A stretch of DNA of 64,000 nt from Cyanobacteria bacterium P01_D01_bin.156. GTDB lineage: Bacteria > Cyanobacteriota > Cyanobacteriia > Phormidesmidales > Phormidesmidaceae. The first letter of the stretch is position 1, and every line of letters starts with the position of its first letter. A program made the position numbers and the translations under genes. The notes beneath the pieces are model-generated. The model searched no databases, was not told the DNA's origin, and saw only the letters and a list, made by a program, of their open reading frames with translations. Shown here piece by piece: positions 21,128 through 31,174 of the stretch. Location: positions 96,001 through 160,000 of the forward strand of contig JBCCQQ010000002.1 in assembly GCA_039024555.1 (NCBI GenBank). The letters are read 5' to 3'.

Positions 21128-21922
21128 CTAGATACGCAAATCAGAATCTTCCTCATACGTGAAACCCACCCATTTCTTGGAATCTAAAAACTGAAGCAGT
21201 TGCTCCAAATGTACTAAAGAAGTCTGCTGCTTGTAGCGACGCAGGTACTTAATGAGTTCTGATTTATTCACCTGAAACCAGGGACACAAAAGCCTGGCGA
21301 TATGGGTACTGATAAATAATCCCTGAACTAAAGTGGTCACATTGGCGGGACGTCGATGTAAGCTGGCTCCACTAAAATCAATCAGAACTGGGCATTGAGA
21401 CGTTACTAAGGCATGGGCTGTGATGCAACGCAGATCTCCGTGATCGAGCCCCGCTTGATCTAATCGATAGGCTTGGTGGATCAGCTGAAAGACCACCCTA
21501 TGAACCGCCTCAACAGACTGTGGTGATTGCAACCACTCCACTAACGTAGGCCCATCAATATGGTCCATCAGCAAAAAATTATCGCTGTGGGCAATATATT
21601 GCGGCCCTACATCCACAGAATTAGCACGTAGCAGCAGCTGCGCCTCGGTTTGCAGACTTGTCTGAGGTGCAGGTTCTCGACGAATCTTGAGAACTCGTTC
21701 TTGCCCTTGATAGCGCACTCGCAACACGACGCCACAGTAGCCAGCCCCAAGTATCTTCACACCTGACAGCATCTCTGGACCATCAACGTAGACAGTCTCA
21801 ATGCCAAAAGTCTGAAGCTCTGCCCAGCGGTGAGTCAATGTAACCCCATCACCGCTAGGGTAGGCCAATAGCTGCCTGGCTGGACTGTTCCAGAACTGCT
21901 CTAGATCAAGGGCAGTTGCCAC
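21128..21922 (-). CDS. Atypical (RIO/Bud32-like) Ser/Thr protein kinase
   Basis: LGAGYCGVV loop, VLKIRR, HGDL catalytic loop, LIDF. Confidence 0.75.
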   Translation of the reverse strand: MATALDLEQFWNSPARQLLAYPSGDGVTLTHRWAELQTFGIETVYVDGPEMLSGVKILGAGYCGVVLRVRYQGQERVLKIRREPAPQTSLQTEAQLLLRANSVDVGPQYIAHSDNFLLMDHIDGPTLVEWLQSPQSVEAVHRVVFQLIHQAYRLDQAGLDHGDLRCITAHALVTSQCPVLIDFSGASLHRRPANVTTLVQGLFISTHIARLLCPWFQVNKSELIKYLRRYKQQTSLVHLEQLLQFLDSKKWVGFTYEEDSDLRI

Positions 21923-21928
21923 AATTTG

Positions 21929-22696
21929 CTAAGCGCACAGCTGACGAGCTAGTTCCACCGTGAAGTAAGTGGCATCGCTGGCATCACCCGCTAGTACGGT
22001 AAAAGCGGTCTCTGGAGTCCCTAGGTCACTGAGCACAAGCTTTGCGCCAGTAAAATCTTGTGCTTTAGTGTACTCATTCACCGTGACAACAGTTTTTAAC
22101 CCGGTGGGGGTAGCCGATAACAAACCATTGTTAGTGTCTTCAAATGCAAGACAGTTATCTGCTGGCAAGTCTAAATGCTCCAGGGCATATTCATAGATAT
22201 CGGGAGCAGGCTTTTTCTTAGGAACCATGTCGCCTGCCGCAATAACTGCAAACCAGTTGAGGCTTTCTGCACCGAGGGTATTTTCTAGCAGAGCTTGAAC
22301 ATTGGCTGGAGTAGTGGTGGTTGCGATCGCAAGTGTCACCCCTTGACTACGAGCTTCATTCAACAACCGCTCCACACCAGGGCGTAGAGGAATTTTACCT
22401 GCCGCTGCATATTGCTTGTAGTAAGTTGTCTTTGTCGCGTGCAGATGCTTAATCATGGCATCCAGATCGCTAAAGTCTGACGGTACTTGAAAATCACTGA
22501 GGTAGTCCTGCACATAGGCACGAATCCGTTCCTTTCCGCCTGAGACCTTAAGTAACTTACCGTAGAGTTCTGGTGTCCAGTCCCAATTTAGACCAGTATC
22601 TGCAAATGCCTGATTAAAGGCAGGTCGATGGCCATCTCGCTCTGTCTCTGCCAGGGTGCCATCCACATCAAAAATCAACGCCTTTAGCTCTGCCAC
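21929..22696 (-). CDS. cbbY: HAD-IA hydrolase, CbbY-like (xylulose-1,5-bisphosphate phosphatase)
   Basis: FDVDGTLAETERDGHRPAFN, GGKER, KKPAPDIY, AFED. Confidence 0.85.
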   Translation of the reverse strand: MAELKALIFDVDGTLAETERDGHRPAFNQAFADTGLNWDWTPELYGKLLKVSGGKERIRAYVQDYLSDFQVPSDFSDLDAMIKHLHATKTTYYKQYAAAGKIPLRPGVERLLNEARSQGVTLAIATTTTPANVQALLENTLGAESLNWFAVIAAGDMVPKKKPAPDIYEYALEHLDLPADNCLAFEDTNNGLLSATPTGLKTVVTVNEYTKAQDFTGAKLVLSDLGTPETAFTVLAGDASDATYFTVELARQLCA

Positions 22697-22960
22697 AAAT
22701 TACTCCAAAACTCTCCAACGCTGATCTTACCGTTATTGGGAATATGCCCCATCGTTAGTCGGCAACATCCAGACGATAAATAGTCATCTCGTAAGGCTTG
22801 TTACAAACTTCCACTGGATTCTATTGATATGTTTACCTCGAATGGCTAAGACAGCTAAGACTACACAAACAGCTTTAACAGCCAAGTTTGCGGAGTTGCG
22901 CTGAAGCATAATGCCGTTCATATACTCATGTGCCTAGTCAGGCATTTCTCGAAGCGTTTC

Positions 22961-22995
22961 AAAAAAGCCCAGCCCTGTGGTTGAGCTTTTTTTTT
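22961..22995. terminator. Probable bidirectional intrinsic terminator
   Basis: aaaaaagcccagcc-ctgt-ggttgagcttttttttt. Confidence 0.65.
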
Positions 22996-23186
22996 GCAGG
23001 AAAGAACTGTTTCAACTAAGGCGCTGTTAAGAAACGACTGCACGGGGTAAGCCTGAAAAGCTTGTTAAGCCATGATGTCAATGCACAAGGCGATAATTCT
23101 AATGTTTAACAATCCCTAAGTTTATATATAAGCGGGGCGTGATTAGACAACCCTAGCAAATACTTGTTATTGACTAGAGATCGACT

Positions 23187-24149
23187 TTAGGCAAGCAAGC
23201 AAGCGGTTGGGAAAAGCAAATACTCAAGGAAAAACAGTTTCCAAACAAACTGATAAAACTCTCGATAGCTAAATCCATCGGTTTCATCTGGAGAAAGCTG
23301 ACAACTTAAATACCAAAAATAAATGAGGGCTAAACCATGGGTTACCATCAAAAACCCACTATTAATACCCGGAATAAGCACCGCAAAAATAATAAGACCG
23401 CTGTAACAAACCGTTAACACCCACCAGACGAGCCGAGCGATTTGAATATCTGACAAGCTATCAATGCTCTGGGTGTTATCCCATAAAGTTTTTAATAGCG
23501 CGATCGCACCACTAAAAGCCATCACTACCAGCGCTAGCACCCACACTCGCAAAGGCACTGCAGGCAGTAATCCCAACTGGTTCGCCGCATGGAGAAAAAT
23601 TCCAATATTCACCACTACCCCACGCACCAGCAACTTACACAGCGAGCCGACTATGGGCAACTGTTTTAGCTGAATCGGTGGTAGCGAATACACAGTCCCA
23701 ATTACCAGACTTAATACTATCGTCGCTACCAAATACAAACTTTGTGATGCAGCTGCCAGTAATACGGCTCCACTGCCAGCAATCCCCACTAGCATCTTTG
23801 CTTGAGCAGCAGAAAATTCTCCAGATGCTAATGGCAAATAGGGTTTAGCCAACCGATCAACAGCTACATCCTCAATTTGATTGAGTCCAACAATGTAGAT
23901 ATTGGTGCAAACACAAGCCAGCCAGGTAATCCATAATGAACTAATGCCCACCCACACCTGAAACGTGCCTGGCAACATCCCTAAGGGGTGACGTGCTGAC
24001 CAGGCTATGGCAAACAAACCTAAAATGCTTAGGCTTGTCCCCATCAACATATGGGGTCGTGAAAACTTCCAAAATGCTCTCAACCAAGGAATGGGGCTCT
24101 GGATCAGGTTGAGCGAAGGAGGACTCAGTGCTGACTTAGTCATCGGCAT
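23187..24149 (-). CDS. UbiA-family homogentisate prenyltransferase homologue (Hpt/Vte2-like) with degenerate second Asp-rich motif
   Basis: FWKFSRPH, YIVGLNQIEDVAVDRLAKPYLPLASGEF, FYQFVWKLFFLEY. Confidence 0.8.
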   Translation of the reverse strand: MPMTKSALSPPSLNLIQSPIPWLRAFWKFSRPHMLMGTSLSILGLFAIAWSARHPLGMLPGTFQVWVGISSLWITWLACVCTNIYIVGLNQIEDVAVDRLAKPYLPLASGEFSAAQAKMLVGIAGSGAVLLAAASQSLYLVATIVLSLVIGTVYSLPPIQLKQLPIVGSLCKLLVRGVVVNIGIFLHAANQLGLLPAVPLRVWVLALVVMAFSGAIALLKTLWDNTQSIDSLSDIQIARLVWWVLTVCYSGLIIFAVLIPGINSGFLMVTHGLALIYFWYLSCQLSPDETDGFSYREFYQFVWKLFFLEYLLFPTACLLA

Positions 24150-24354
24150 TGTTCAAAACCTCTAAAATCACCATGCCGAGTTTTCCCAACCCCGTCAACC
24201 AATTCCGAGCATTGTTGAAATGCTTAATAGAACTGCTAAACATTTGTATCAACTCAGGGGGGAGTTCTCAGTTTTATCGAATTCACCAATTAACCCATCA
24301 AAGTATCCATCAAAACCTTTTACCAGAAGATTTTCTACCGATGCAAGGCAAACG

Positions 24355-25425
24355 CTATACAGCGCGTCCTTTCATTTCATCCACATCCAGTAAACTGACC
24401 ACGACTCCAGCCACAGGAATCGCTAAAAATAAGCCCAGGAGACCACCAATGCGCACACCTATAATCAGTGCAAAAAACATCACGACTGGATTGATATTTA
24501 GAGAATCTCGCATGATGTGAGGCAACAGCAGATTCTCTTCTACTTGTTGAAGAAGAATACAGACCACCACCGATTGAACAGCTACTCCCACCCCCTGAGA
24601 CAACAGCAACAGACTGATTAAACTGACTCCTAAAGTAGCGCCAATACCAGGAATCAAATCAAATAACCCAGCAATTACGGCTAACACTAAGGCGTAGGGA
24701 ATCTTGAGCAGCAAAAAAACAACAAATGTGGAGGTAGCAAAAAAAATAGAGAGGAGCAGCCGTCCCCAAAAGAAACCTAGGAGATTTTGTTGAATGGTTA
24801 GGGTTAACCGCTGACGCTGATGCTCAGGCACCGCTTTCAGCATAAACCGCCATAGTCGAGCTCCATCCAACATCATAAAAAAGGTGACAACTGCAATCAG
24901 AATGGCATTGATAAAATTTTCCAGCAGGGTTTGTAACAGTCCCAACCCCGCCCCCAGAAACGTCGTAGCCTGTTGCTGAATTTGTCCTCCTAAAGTCTTT
25001 AAATCGACTTGAATATTCCACTGACGGAGGATAGTTTCAATATGATCTATTAGCGGTAAGAGAGAATTGAGAACGTCCGTACTGTTCTCTAATAGTCCCT
25101 GCCCCTGGGAAATAAAGGCAAGCGCTAGGGTAATGGCTACGCCACCCACTAAAACCAAGGCCACTAAAAAAACAGCCAATACTGAAACGCCGTGGGGCAA
25201 TATACGACAACACCACCGTACTGGATAACTGAGTAAAAACGCTAAAATCGCAGAGAGCCCAAAAATGACCACTACGATTTCAAAATAATTGAGTACTTGC
25301 ACCAGCGCCCAACCACTGGCCAGTAGTAGTAAAAAGCGCACTAGCCTAGAGTTATCTAGCTGGCTCAAAAGTTTCTGAAGCTTGTCCAGCGAGCTAGACG
25401 ACTGAGAATTATGTGGAGGAGCCAC
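24355..25425 (-). CDS. AI-2E (PerM) family transporter
   Basis: ILAFLLSYPV, FDLIPGIG, QQVEENLLLP, GLFLAIPVA. Confidence 0.9.
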   Translation of the reverse strand: MAPPHNSQSSSSLDKLQKLLSQLDNSRLVRFLLLLASGWALVQVLNYFEIVVVIFGLSAILAFLLSYPVRWCCRILPHGVSVLAVFLVALVLVGGVAITLALAFISQGQGLLENSTDVLNSLLPLIDHIETILRQWNIQVDLKTLGGQIQQQATTFLGAGLGLLQTLLENFINAILIAVVTFFMMLDGARLWRFMLKAVPEHQRQRLTLTIQQNLLGFFWGRLLLSIFFATSTFVVFLLLKIPYALVLAVIAGLFDLIPGIGATLGVSLISLLLLSQGVGVAVQSVVVCILLQQVEENLLLPHIMRDSLNINPVVMFFALIIGVRIGGLLGLFLAIPVAGVVVSLLDVDEMKGRAV

Positions 25426-25738
25426 TGCTGCTATCTACTGATTTTAAAATTTCTTGCACCAGAACATAAGGCTGAACAATCAGAGAGCGAAGCTGATTGC
25501 CAGGACCAGAAACACCCCAAGTATCTAGCTGTTCTTTACTCGGTTTAGTAATTAACTGTTCGCCAATCCAGCGTTGCACAGACTGCACATTGTCATTAGT
25601 CAAGGCCACACCCACATCAACTAAATCTAGCTGAGGATCAACAAAAACAACCGCATCACGAGCAATATGGGGCTTCAGCCAATTCCATTGAGTGGGTCCC
25701 ACCATCTCGGCTAGCTCTTGTCTCAGGTCTCCGGCCAT
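25409..25738 (-). CDS. DUF2288 family protein (start placed at MAGDLR)
   Basis: WNWLKPHIARDAV, LDLVDVG, IVQPYVLVQ. Confidence 0.8.
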   Translation of the reverse strand: MAGDLRQELAEMVGPTQWNWLKPHIARDAVVFVDPQLDLVDVGVALTNDNVQSVQRWIGEQLITKPSKEQLDTWGVSGPGNQLRSLIVQPYVLVQEILKSVDSSSGSST

Positions 25739-25823
25739 GTTGTTGCTCCGCTGAATGTAGTCCGTTGAAAATGCCATAGAGTGAACCTATCACTCTGGAT
25801 AGAGGATTATTGTAACCATTGCA

Positions 25824-26471
25824 TCAGCGCCCCAGATCCAACATTGTGTGGATGCGATCGCAACAATAGTTCGTTACCACCATGAGTTGCTCTTTGTCCT
25901 TACTAGAGCTAGGAGGAGCGATGGGCTTACCCACGCGAACCGTTACAGGCATAGGCTTCGGTAGTTTTGCACCGCGAGGCAATATGCGATGAGTTCCCCA
26001 CAAACTAATAGGCACCAAGGGCACTTGGGCCTTAGCCGCAATCATGGCAGCCCCTAGTTTAGGGTCTGGAATACGACCATCCTGAGTCCGGGTCCCCTGT
26101 AAAAAAACACCCACCGCCCAGCCCTGATCTAGTTGCTCTAGAGCCGCACGAATTGCACCACGAGCTACCCCGCCCCGCTGCACAGGGTAGGCACCATATA
26201 AACGAATGGCCGGGGCTAACACTGGCACCTTAAACAACTCTTGTTTAGCCATATAAGATACTGGTCGTCGCACACAGGACGACACAAAAGGGGGGTCAAA
26301 GTCACTGGCATGGTTGGCTACCACTAGTACCGGACCAGACTTTGGCATATTCTCTGCACCGTAGATACGGCCTCGAAAATACCCCCGTAACATTGGATTC
26401 ACTATCGACCACTTAAACAAGTAGTAGAGCGCCAGACTAATCTTGGGCTCACGCTGTCGTTGATTCACCAC
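25824..26471 (-). CDS. plsC: 1-acyl-sn-glycerol-3-phosphate acyltransferase
   Basis: NHASDFD, AKQELF, FLQGTR; downstream of plsX-fabH-fabD. Confidence 0.9.
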   Translation of the reverse strand: MVNQRQREPKISLALYYLFKWSIVNPMLRGYFRGRIYGAENMPKSGPVLVVANHASDFDPPFVSSCVRRPVSYMAKQELFKVPVLAPAIRLYGAYPVQRGGVARGAIRAALEQLDQGWAVGVFLQGTRTQDGRIPDPKLGAAMIAAKAQVPLVPISLWGTHRILPRGAKLPKPMPVTVRVGKPIAPPSSSKDKEQLMVVTNYCCDRIHTMLDLGR

Positions 26472-26474
26472 CGT

Positions 26475-27395
26475 CTACGCTGTGACCTGCGCGGCGTCTA
26501 ATGCACTGCTTACAGCGTCAATTTGTTCTAGATTCGATACATTATTCAACGCCAAGCTACGGCAAGTGCGTTTAATCAACCCTGTGAGCACTTTACCAGG
26601 CCCTACTTCCACCACGGAGTTTACCCCTTGCTCTGGCAAACTTAGAGAAATTTCTCGCCAGCGCACGGTGCCTGTCATTTGTTTCATCAGTCGTTGCTTG
26701 AGAATCTCTCCATCAACACTGGGAACAGGATCGACATTAGAGAGGACAGGTATAGAGGCCGACTTAAAGGGCACACCTGATAAAATCTGATCAAATTCAT
26801 TGGCCGCTGGAGACATGAGAGGTGAGTGAAAGGCACCACTGACATTAAGTTTGACGGCTCGCTTTGTTTTGACTGCAGCCATCACAGCCTCCACAGCGTC
26901 TGGCGAGCCAGAAATAACAACCTGTCCAGGGTTATTGTCATTGGCCAAAACCACTCCTTCGGTAGCAGCCAATGTGGCATCCAACTGATCGCGATCAAAC
27001 CCCATTAGGGCTGCCATAGCACCATCTTCTGACTGAGACATGAGCTCGGCACGGCGTTTGACAAGTCTCAATCCCGCAGCAAAATCAAAAACATCTGCCA
27101 CATAAAGAGCGGAATACTCTCCTAAGCTGTGTCCTGCCAACATATCTGGCTGCAGTCCCTTAGCTTTTAGTAGATCCGCCAAGGCACATTCAATGACATA
27201 AAGACAAGGCTGGGTGTAAAGAGTATTGCCTAACTGAGCGTCATCACTTTGGCACAGATCTACCACCGACCACCCCAGGATGTCGCCAGCCTGAGCAAAT
27301 TTATCTTTGGCTGCATCTGCTAAATCAGCCCCCATCCCTACAGCTTGGGATCCTTGCCCAGGAAACACCCACACAGTCTTTATTGTCATGGTCAT
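26475..27395 (-). CDS. fabD: Malonyl-CoA:ACP transacylase (start at 27395 or 27389)
   Basis: FPGQGSQ, GHSLGEY, VSGAFHS, EVGPGKVL. Confidence 0.96.
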   Translation of the reverse strand: MTMTIKTVWVFPGQGSQAVGMGADLADAAKDKFAQAGDILGWSVVDLCQSDDAQLGNTLYTQPCLYVIECALADLLKAKGLQPDMLAGHSLGEYSALYVADVFDFAAGLRLVKRRAELMSQSEDGAMAALMGFDRDQLDATLAATEGVVLANDNNPGQVVISGSPDAVEAVMAAVKTKRAVKLNVSGAFHSPLMSPAANEFDQILSGVPFKSASIPVLSNVDPVPSVDGEILKQRLMKQMTGTVRWREISLSLPEQGVNSVVEVGPGKVLTGLIKRTCRSLALNNVSNLEQIDAVSSALDAAQVTA

Positions 27396-27512
27396 TCGTA
27401 ATTCGTCTATCCTTTTTACTGTCTCAGTAAATGCCCCATTCGCAAAGGGCACCCAGGGAACAACAATTCATCCATAGGCTAAAACAGGTTAGTAGTATTG
27501 AAGGCTTTCTGC

Positions 27513-28511
27513 CTACAGGCCCCATTCCAGCAAGGCCGCTCCCCAAGTTAATCCAGCCCCAAAACCAGACATGGCAATTTTATGCCCCGGCTGTACCTTA
27601 CCGGCGCGCACCCATTCGTCTAGAGCAATGGGAATAGAGGCCGCTGAGGTATTGCCATGTTTAGCCATATTACTGACTACTCGGTCGCTGGGCAGCTTAA
27701 GTCGTTTAGCGACAGCATCCAGAATACGCTGATTCGCTTGGTGCAAAATCAGCCAATCGATGTCACTTGCAGCTAATCCAGCATGGAAAAGAGTTTTTTC
27801 AAGCACCTCTGGCACTCGCCCCACCGCAAATCGATACACGTCACGACCATTCATGGTGATAGCTGTAAACTGGCCCTTTTGGGTGGTAATCCCATCTACC
27901 AAATCAGCTGGATTTGCTGTGTAGGCGAGGTTTAGACAGCTATTCATGGTGCCATCGCTGTGCATTTCAAACCCCAACAGCCGATCGCGATCGCATGCCT
28001 GCATAACCACGGCCCCAGCACCATCACCAAACAGAACACAAGTAGTACGATCTTGCCAATCCACCCAACGACTCAGCAGATCGGCTCCAATCACCACAAC
28101 ATTTTTATACGTACCAGTCCGGATAAACTGAGCCGCTGTCACAACACCAAAAACAAATCCAGAGCAGGCAGCGGTTAAATCAAATGCAACTGCACGAGTT
28201 GCACCAATAGCCGCTTGCACCTGACAGGCAGTCCCAAATAAATCATCCGGAGTGGATGTGGCCAGCAGAATTAAATCAATCACATCCGGCGTCAGATTTG
28301 CGGCCTTGATTGCCGCTTGCGCGGCCTGTGCAGCCAGCGAAGCCAGAGACTCTGAATCATTTGCAATATGACGTTGCCGAATCCCCGTACGAGTAACAAT
28401 CCACTCATCAGAAGTCTCGACTACGCGACTAAGCATCTCATTGGCCAATGCTGCCTCAACCTGAGCGCTACCGCTACCAACAAAGGCCACACCGGGCCCA
28501 CCATTTGCCAT
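27513..28511 (-). CDS. fabH: Beta-ketoacyl-ACP synthase III
   Basis: AACSGF, LFGDGAGA, HQANQR, GNTSAAS, FGAGLTWG. Confidence 0.97.
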   Translation of the reverse strand: MANGGPGVAFVGSGSAQVEAALANEMLSRVVETSDEWIVTRTGIRQRHIANDSESLASLAAQAAQAAIKAANLTPDVIDLILLATSTPDDLFGTACQVQAAIGATRAVAFDLTAACSGFVFGVVTAAQFIRTGTYKNVVVIGADLLSRWVDWQDRTTCVLFGDGAGAVVMQACDRDRLLGFEMHSDGTMNSCLNLAYTANPADLVDGITTQKGQFTAITMNGRDVYRFAVGRVPEVLEKTLFHAGLAASDIDWLILHQANQRILDAVAKRLKLPSDRVVSNMAKHGNTSAASIPIALDEWVRAGKVQPGHKIAMSGFGAGLTWGAALLEWGL

Positions 28512-28517
28512 TACCGT

Positions 28518-29552
28518 TTAATCTCCGTTGGTCACCGACGCAGTCACTTTTTGATACTGCCCCTGGATATGCCCAATTACACCGTTATCAACGGCTTCTT
28601 TAGACAGGCGAATTGCATTAAAAATAGAAGGTGCATTAGAGCTACCGTGACTGATAACAGCCACACCATTTACCCCCAACAACAAAGCACCGCCATGCTC
28701 AGCATGATCGAGACGCTGCTTAATTCGCTTGAGATTTCCCTTAAGCAAGAGCACACCCAGCTTTCCTAAAATACCGCGTGGCAGCTCCTCTTTGAGAATA
28801 TTGACCGCAACCTCGCCAACAGCCTCTGCAAACTTGAGGAGGACATTACCCACAAAGCCATCGCAAACTACCACGTCAAATTGGCCAGAGAGGACGTCGC
28901 GCCCTTCTGCATTGCCAACAAAATTGATCGCTGTGGATGCACTCAATGATTGATGCACCTGAACAGTCAGCTCATTTCCCTTACTAGACTCCTCCCCTAT
29001 GCTGAGCAACCCAACGCGAGGATTTTTTGCTCCAAAGGCATATTCGGAATAGACACTGCCCATGTGGGCAAACTGCTCTAGAAACTTAGGACGGCAGTCT
29101 ACATTCGCCCCGACATCCAAAACCAAGACGGGCTTACCCGCTACTACCGTAGGAAACACAGCGCCGATAGCAGGACGATCAATCCCCTTAATGCGTCCCA
29201 TCCGCAGTAGCGCCGCTGCCATGGCTGCCCCAGAATGTCCTGCCGATACGACGGCATCGGCTCGCCCCTTTTTCACCATGCTCATGGCTACATTAATAGA
29301 CGCCTTGGGTTTTCGCCGTAGAGCGCTCAAGGGTTCTTCGTGCATCTCAACCGTGCCTTCAGCAGGCACAATCTCGATTCGCTTTAAGCTTTCAACATCA
29401 GCTACAGAAGCCCTGATCTGCCCAGGATCACCCACAAGCAAAATCTCAACATCCAGCTCTTCCTTCGCCCTAATGGCTCCAGCAACGATTTCGGCAGGTG
29501 CATAATCGCCCCCCATTGCATCAACTGCGATCCGCGCTTGAGTTAAGCCCAT
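28518..29552 (-). CDS. plsX: Phosphate acyltransferase
   Basis: AVDAMGGDYAP, LDVGAN, IGEESSKG, CDGFVGN, SHGSS. Confidence 0.97.
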   Translation of the reverse strand: MGLTQARIAVDAMGGDYAPAEIVAGAIRAKEELDVEILLVGDPGQIRASVADVESLKRIEIVPAEGTVEMHEEPLSALRRKPKASINVAMSMVKKGRADAVVSAGHSGAAMAAALLRMGRIKGIDRPAIGAVFPTVVAGKPVLVLDVGANVDCRPKFLEQFAHMGSVYSEYAFGAKNPRVGLLSIGEESSKGNELTVQVHQSLSASTAINFVGNAEGRDVLSGQFDVVVCDGFVGNVLLKFAEAVGEVAVNILKEELPRGILGKLGVLLLKGNLKRIKQRLDHAEHGGALLLGVNGVAVISHGSSNAPSIFNAIRLSKEAVDNGVIGHIQGQYQKVTASVTNGD

Positions 29553-29789
29553 CGAATTGAATCTATAGAAACTTTAAGAAATTCTATCAGACTGAAACCG
29601 AGTGAAAATTTACAACTTCGATTTTCTGACAAAAGCTCATTGTCAGCTTCCAAATAGTCCAGCAATTACGCGCTTCTTCAATGTGTGGCTCTATACAAAA
29701 CTAACTGGCTAGAACTAAAGCTCTTTCAAGCAGCTAGCCCCAGAATGCAAATCGCTAAGCGTCAAGTATAAACAAGGGTCGAAACAACT

Positions 29790-30518
29790 TTACTCTTCAC
29801 CTGGTTCAACAATACGCTGAAACAAATAGCCAGTACCCCGCGCGGTCAAAATAAGCTCAGGGTTACTTGGATCATCTTCCAACTTTGCCCGCAGCCTAGA
29901 AATATGCACATCCACAACCCGAGTATCAACATGACGCTCGGGGGTATAGCCCCAAACTTCTTGCAGTATTTCAGAACGAGAAAACGGCTCACCAGAACGA
30001 CTTACCAAAAGCTCTAACAAACTGAACTCCATACCTGTCAAACGAATTCGCTCATCACCTTTGTACACCTGGCGCTTGTTGGTATCTATGCGAATATTAT
30101 TGATGGTAATGACACCAGAGCTAGGAATTCCAGACGTTCCGGTCTTCTCTACACGACGTAATACAGAACGAATACGGGCTTCGAGCTCCTTGGGAGAAAA
30201 TGGCTTAACCACATAGTCATCTGCCCCCAACTCCAAACCCGTAATACGGTCAGCAACATCACCCAAAGCAGTCAGCATGATGATAGGAATATCAGACTCT
30301 TTGCGCAGCTCCTGGCAAACACCATAGCCATCGAGCTTGGGCATCATCACATCTAAGACAACCAAGTCAGGAATTTCGTGACGAAAAGTATCTAAAGCTT
30401 CTTCACCATCCGCCGCAGTAACGACATCATAGCCAATCATCGAAAGGCGAGTTTCTAGAATGCGACGAATACTAGCTTCGTCATCGACGACTAGGATTTT
30501 CTCTTTTACGCTTTCCAA
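29790..30518 (-). CDS. rpaB: OmpR-family response regulator RpaB (Ycf27)
   Basis: ASIRRILETRLSMIGY, WGYTPERHVDTRVVDVHISRLR, ELILTARGTGY; divergent from radA. Confidence 0.96.
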   Translation of the reverse strand: MESVKEKILVVDDEASIRRILETRLSMIGYDVVTAADGEEALDTFRHEIPDLVVLDVMMPKLDGYGVCQELRKESDIPIIMLTALGDVADRITGLELGADDYVVKPFSPKELEARIRSVLRRVEKTGTSGIPSSGVITINNIRIDTNKRQVYKGDERIRLTGMEFSLLELLVSRSGEPFSRSEILQEVWGYTPERHVDTRVVDVHISRLRAKLEDDPSNPELILTARGTGYLFQRIVEPGEE

Positions 30519-30862
30519 AGTTTCTTGAACTCCTACATAACGATGACGGCAGAAGATTTCGACCGTTTTGGGGAGAGTACTAAACCCTATTCCCTTAAAA
30601 ACCTAACGATTTCAATACTCTTGAACGTATTAAAACAAACCTTGAACCTGATTAATTCCAGGGCTCGCGCTCAACGTTTTATTAGAAATCTCTTTAAGAT
30701 AGCTAACATTGTATTGCTTTTTCGAAGCTATGATCTTGAATATCCAAGGTTTTCAACGTTTCTTAAGGTTGTTCTCCTGCATTCAAAATTTTTAGAGCAT
30801 CTTATCCGTATTTCGTCTAAGTACAAGATCTGTACAATTTTCTTTAGATTTGTGGCATTAAT

Positions 30863-30876
30863 AGTACTTGTGTACG
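30863..30876. promoter_or_regulatory. Putative cyanobacterial LexA box
   Basis: AGTACTTGTGTACG fits RGTACNNNDGTWCB, in the rpaB/radA divergent region. Confidence 0.55.
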
Positions 30877-31174
30877 AACCTAGAGAAATGAATAAACCTG
30901 CTATTACTGGCTTAGGGTTGGTTAAAAATTAGAACCATGGCCTTGTGCATTGAAATCATGGCCTAACAAGCTTTTCAGGCTCAACCCATGCAGGCGTTTC
31001 TGAACAGCTCCTTGAGTCATCCTGCTCCCATTCTTTAAACCACTCGGTAGGCTTAAAAGCGGCAACCATGTCAAGACTGGGTGATGTCCAAAGGATTTAA
31101 CATGGATGCAATCGTTTACCGTTTGGCCTTGCCCATAGTCAGTAACGTCTAGTCCAGACATTGAATTATTAGGT

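Noticed and set aside
30525..31161. 135-aa and 79-aa ORFs in the rpaB/radA spacer
   Set aside because: AT-rich promoter region, weak starts, no recognisable domain.
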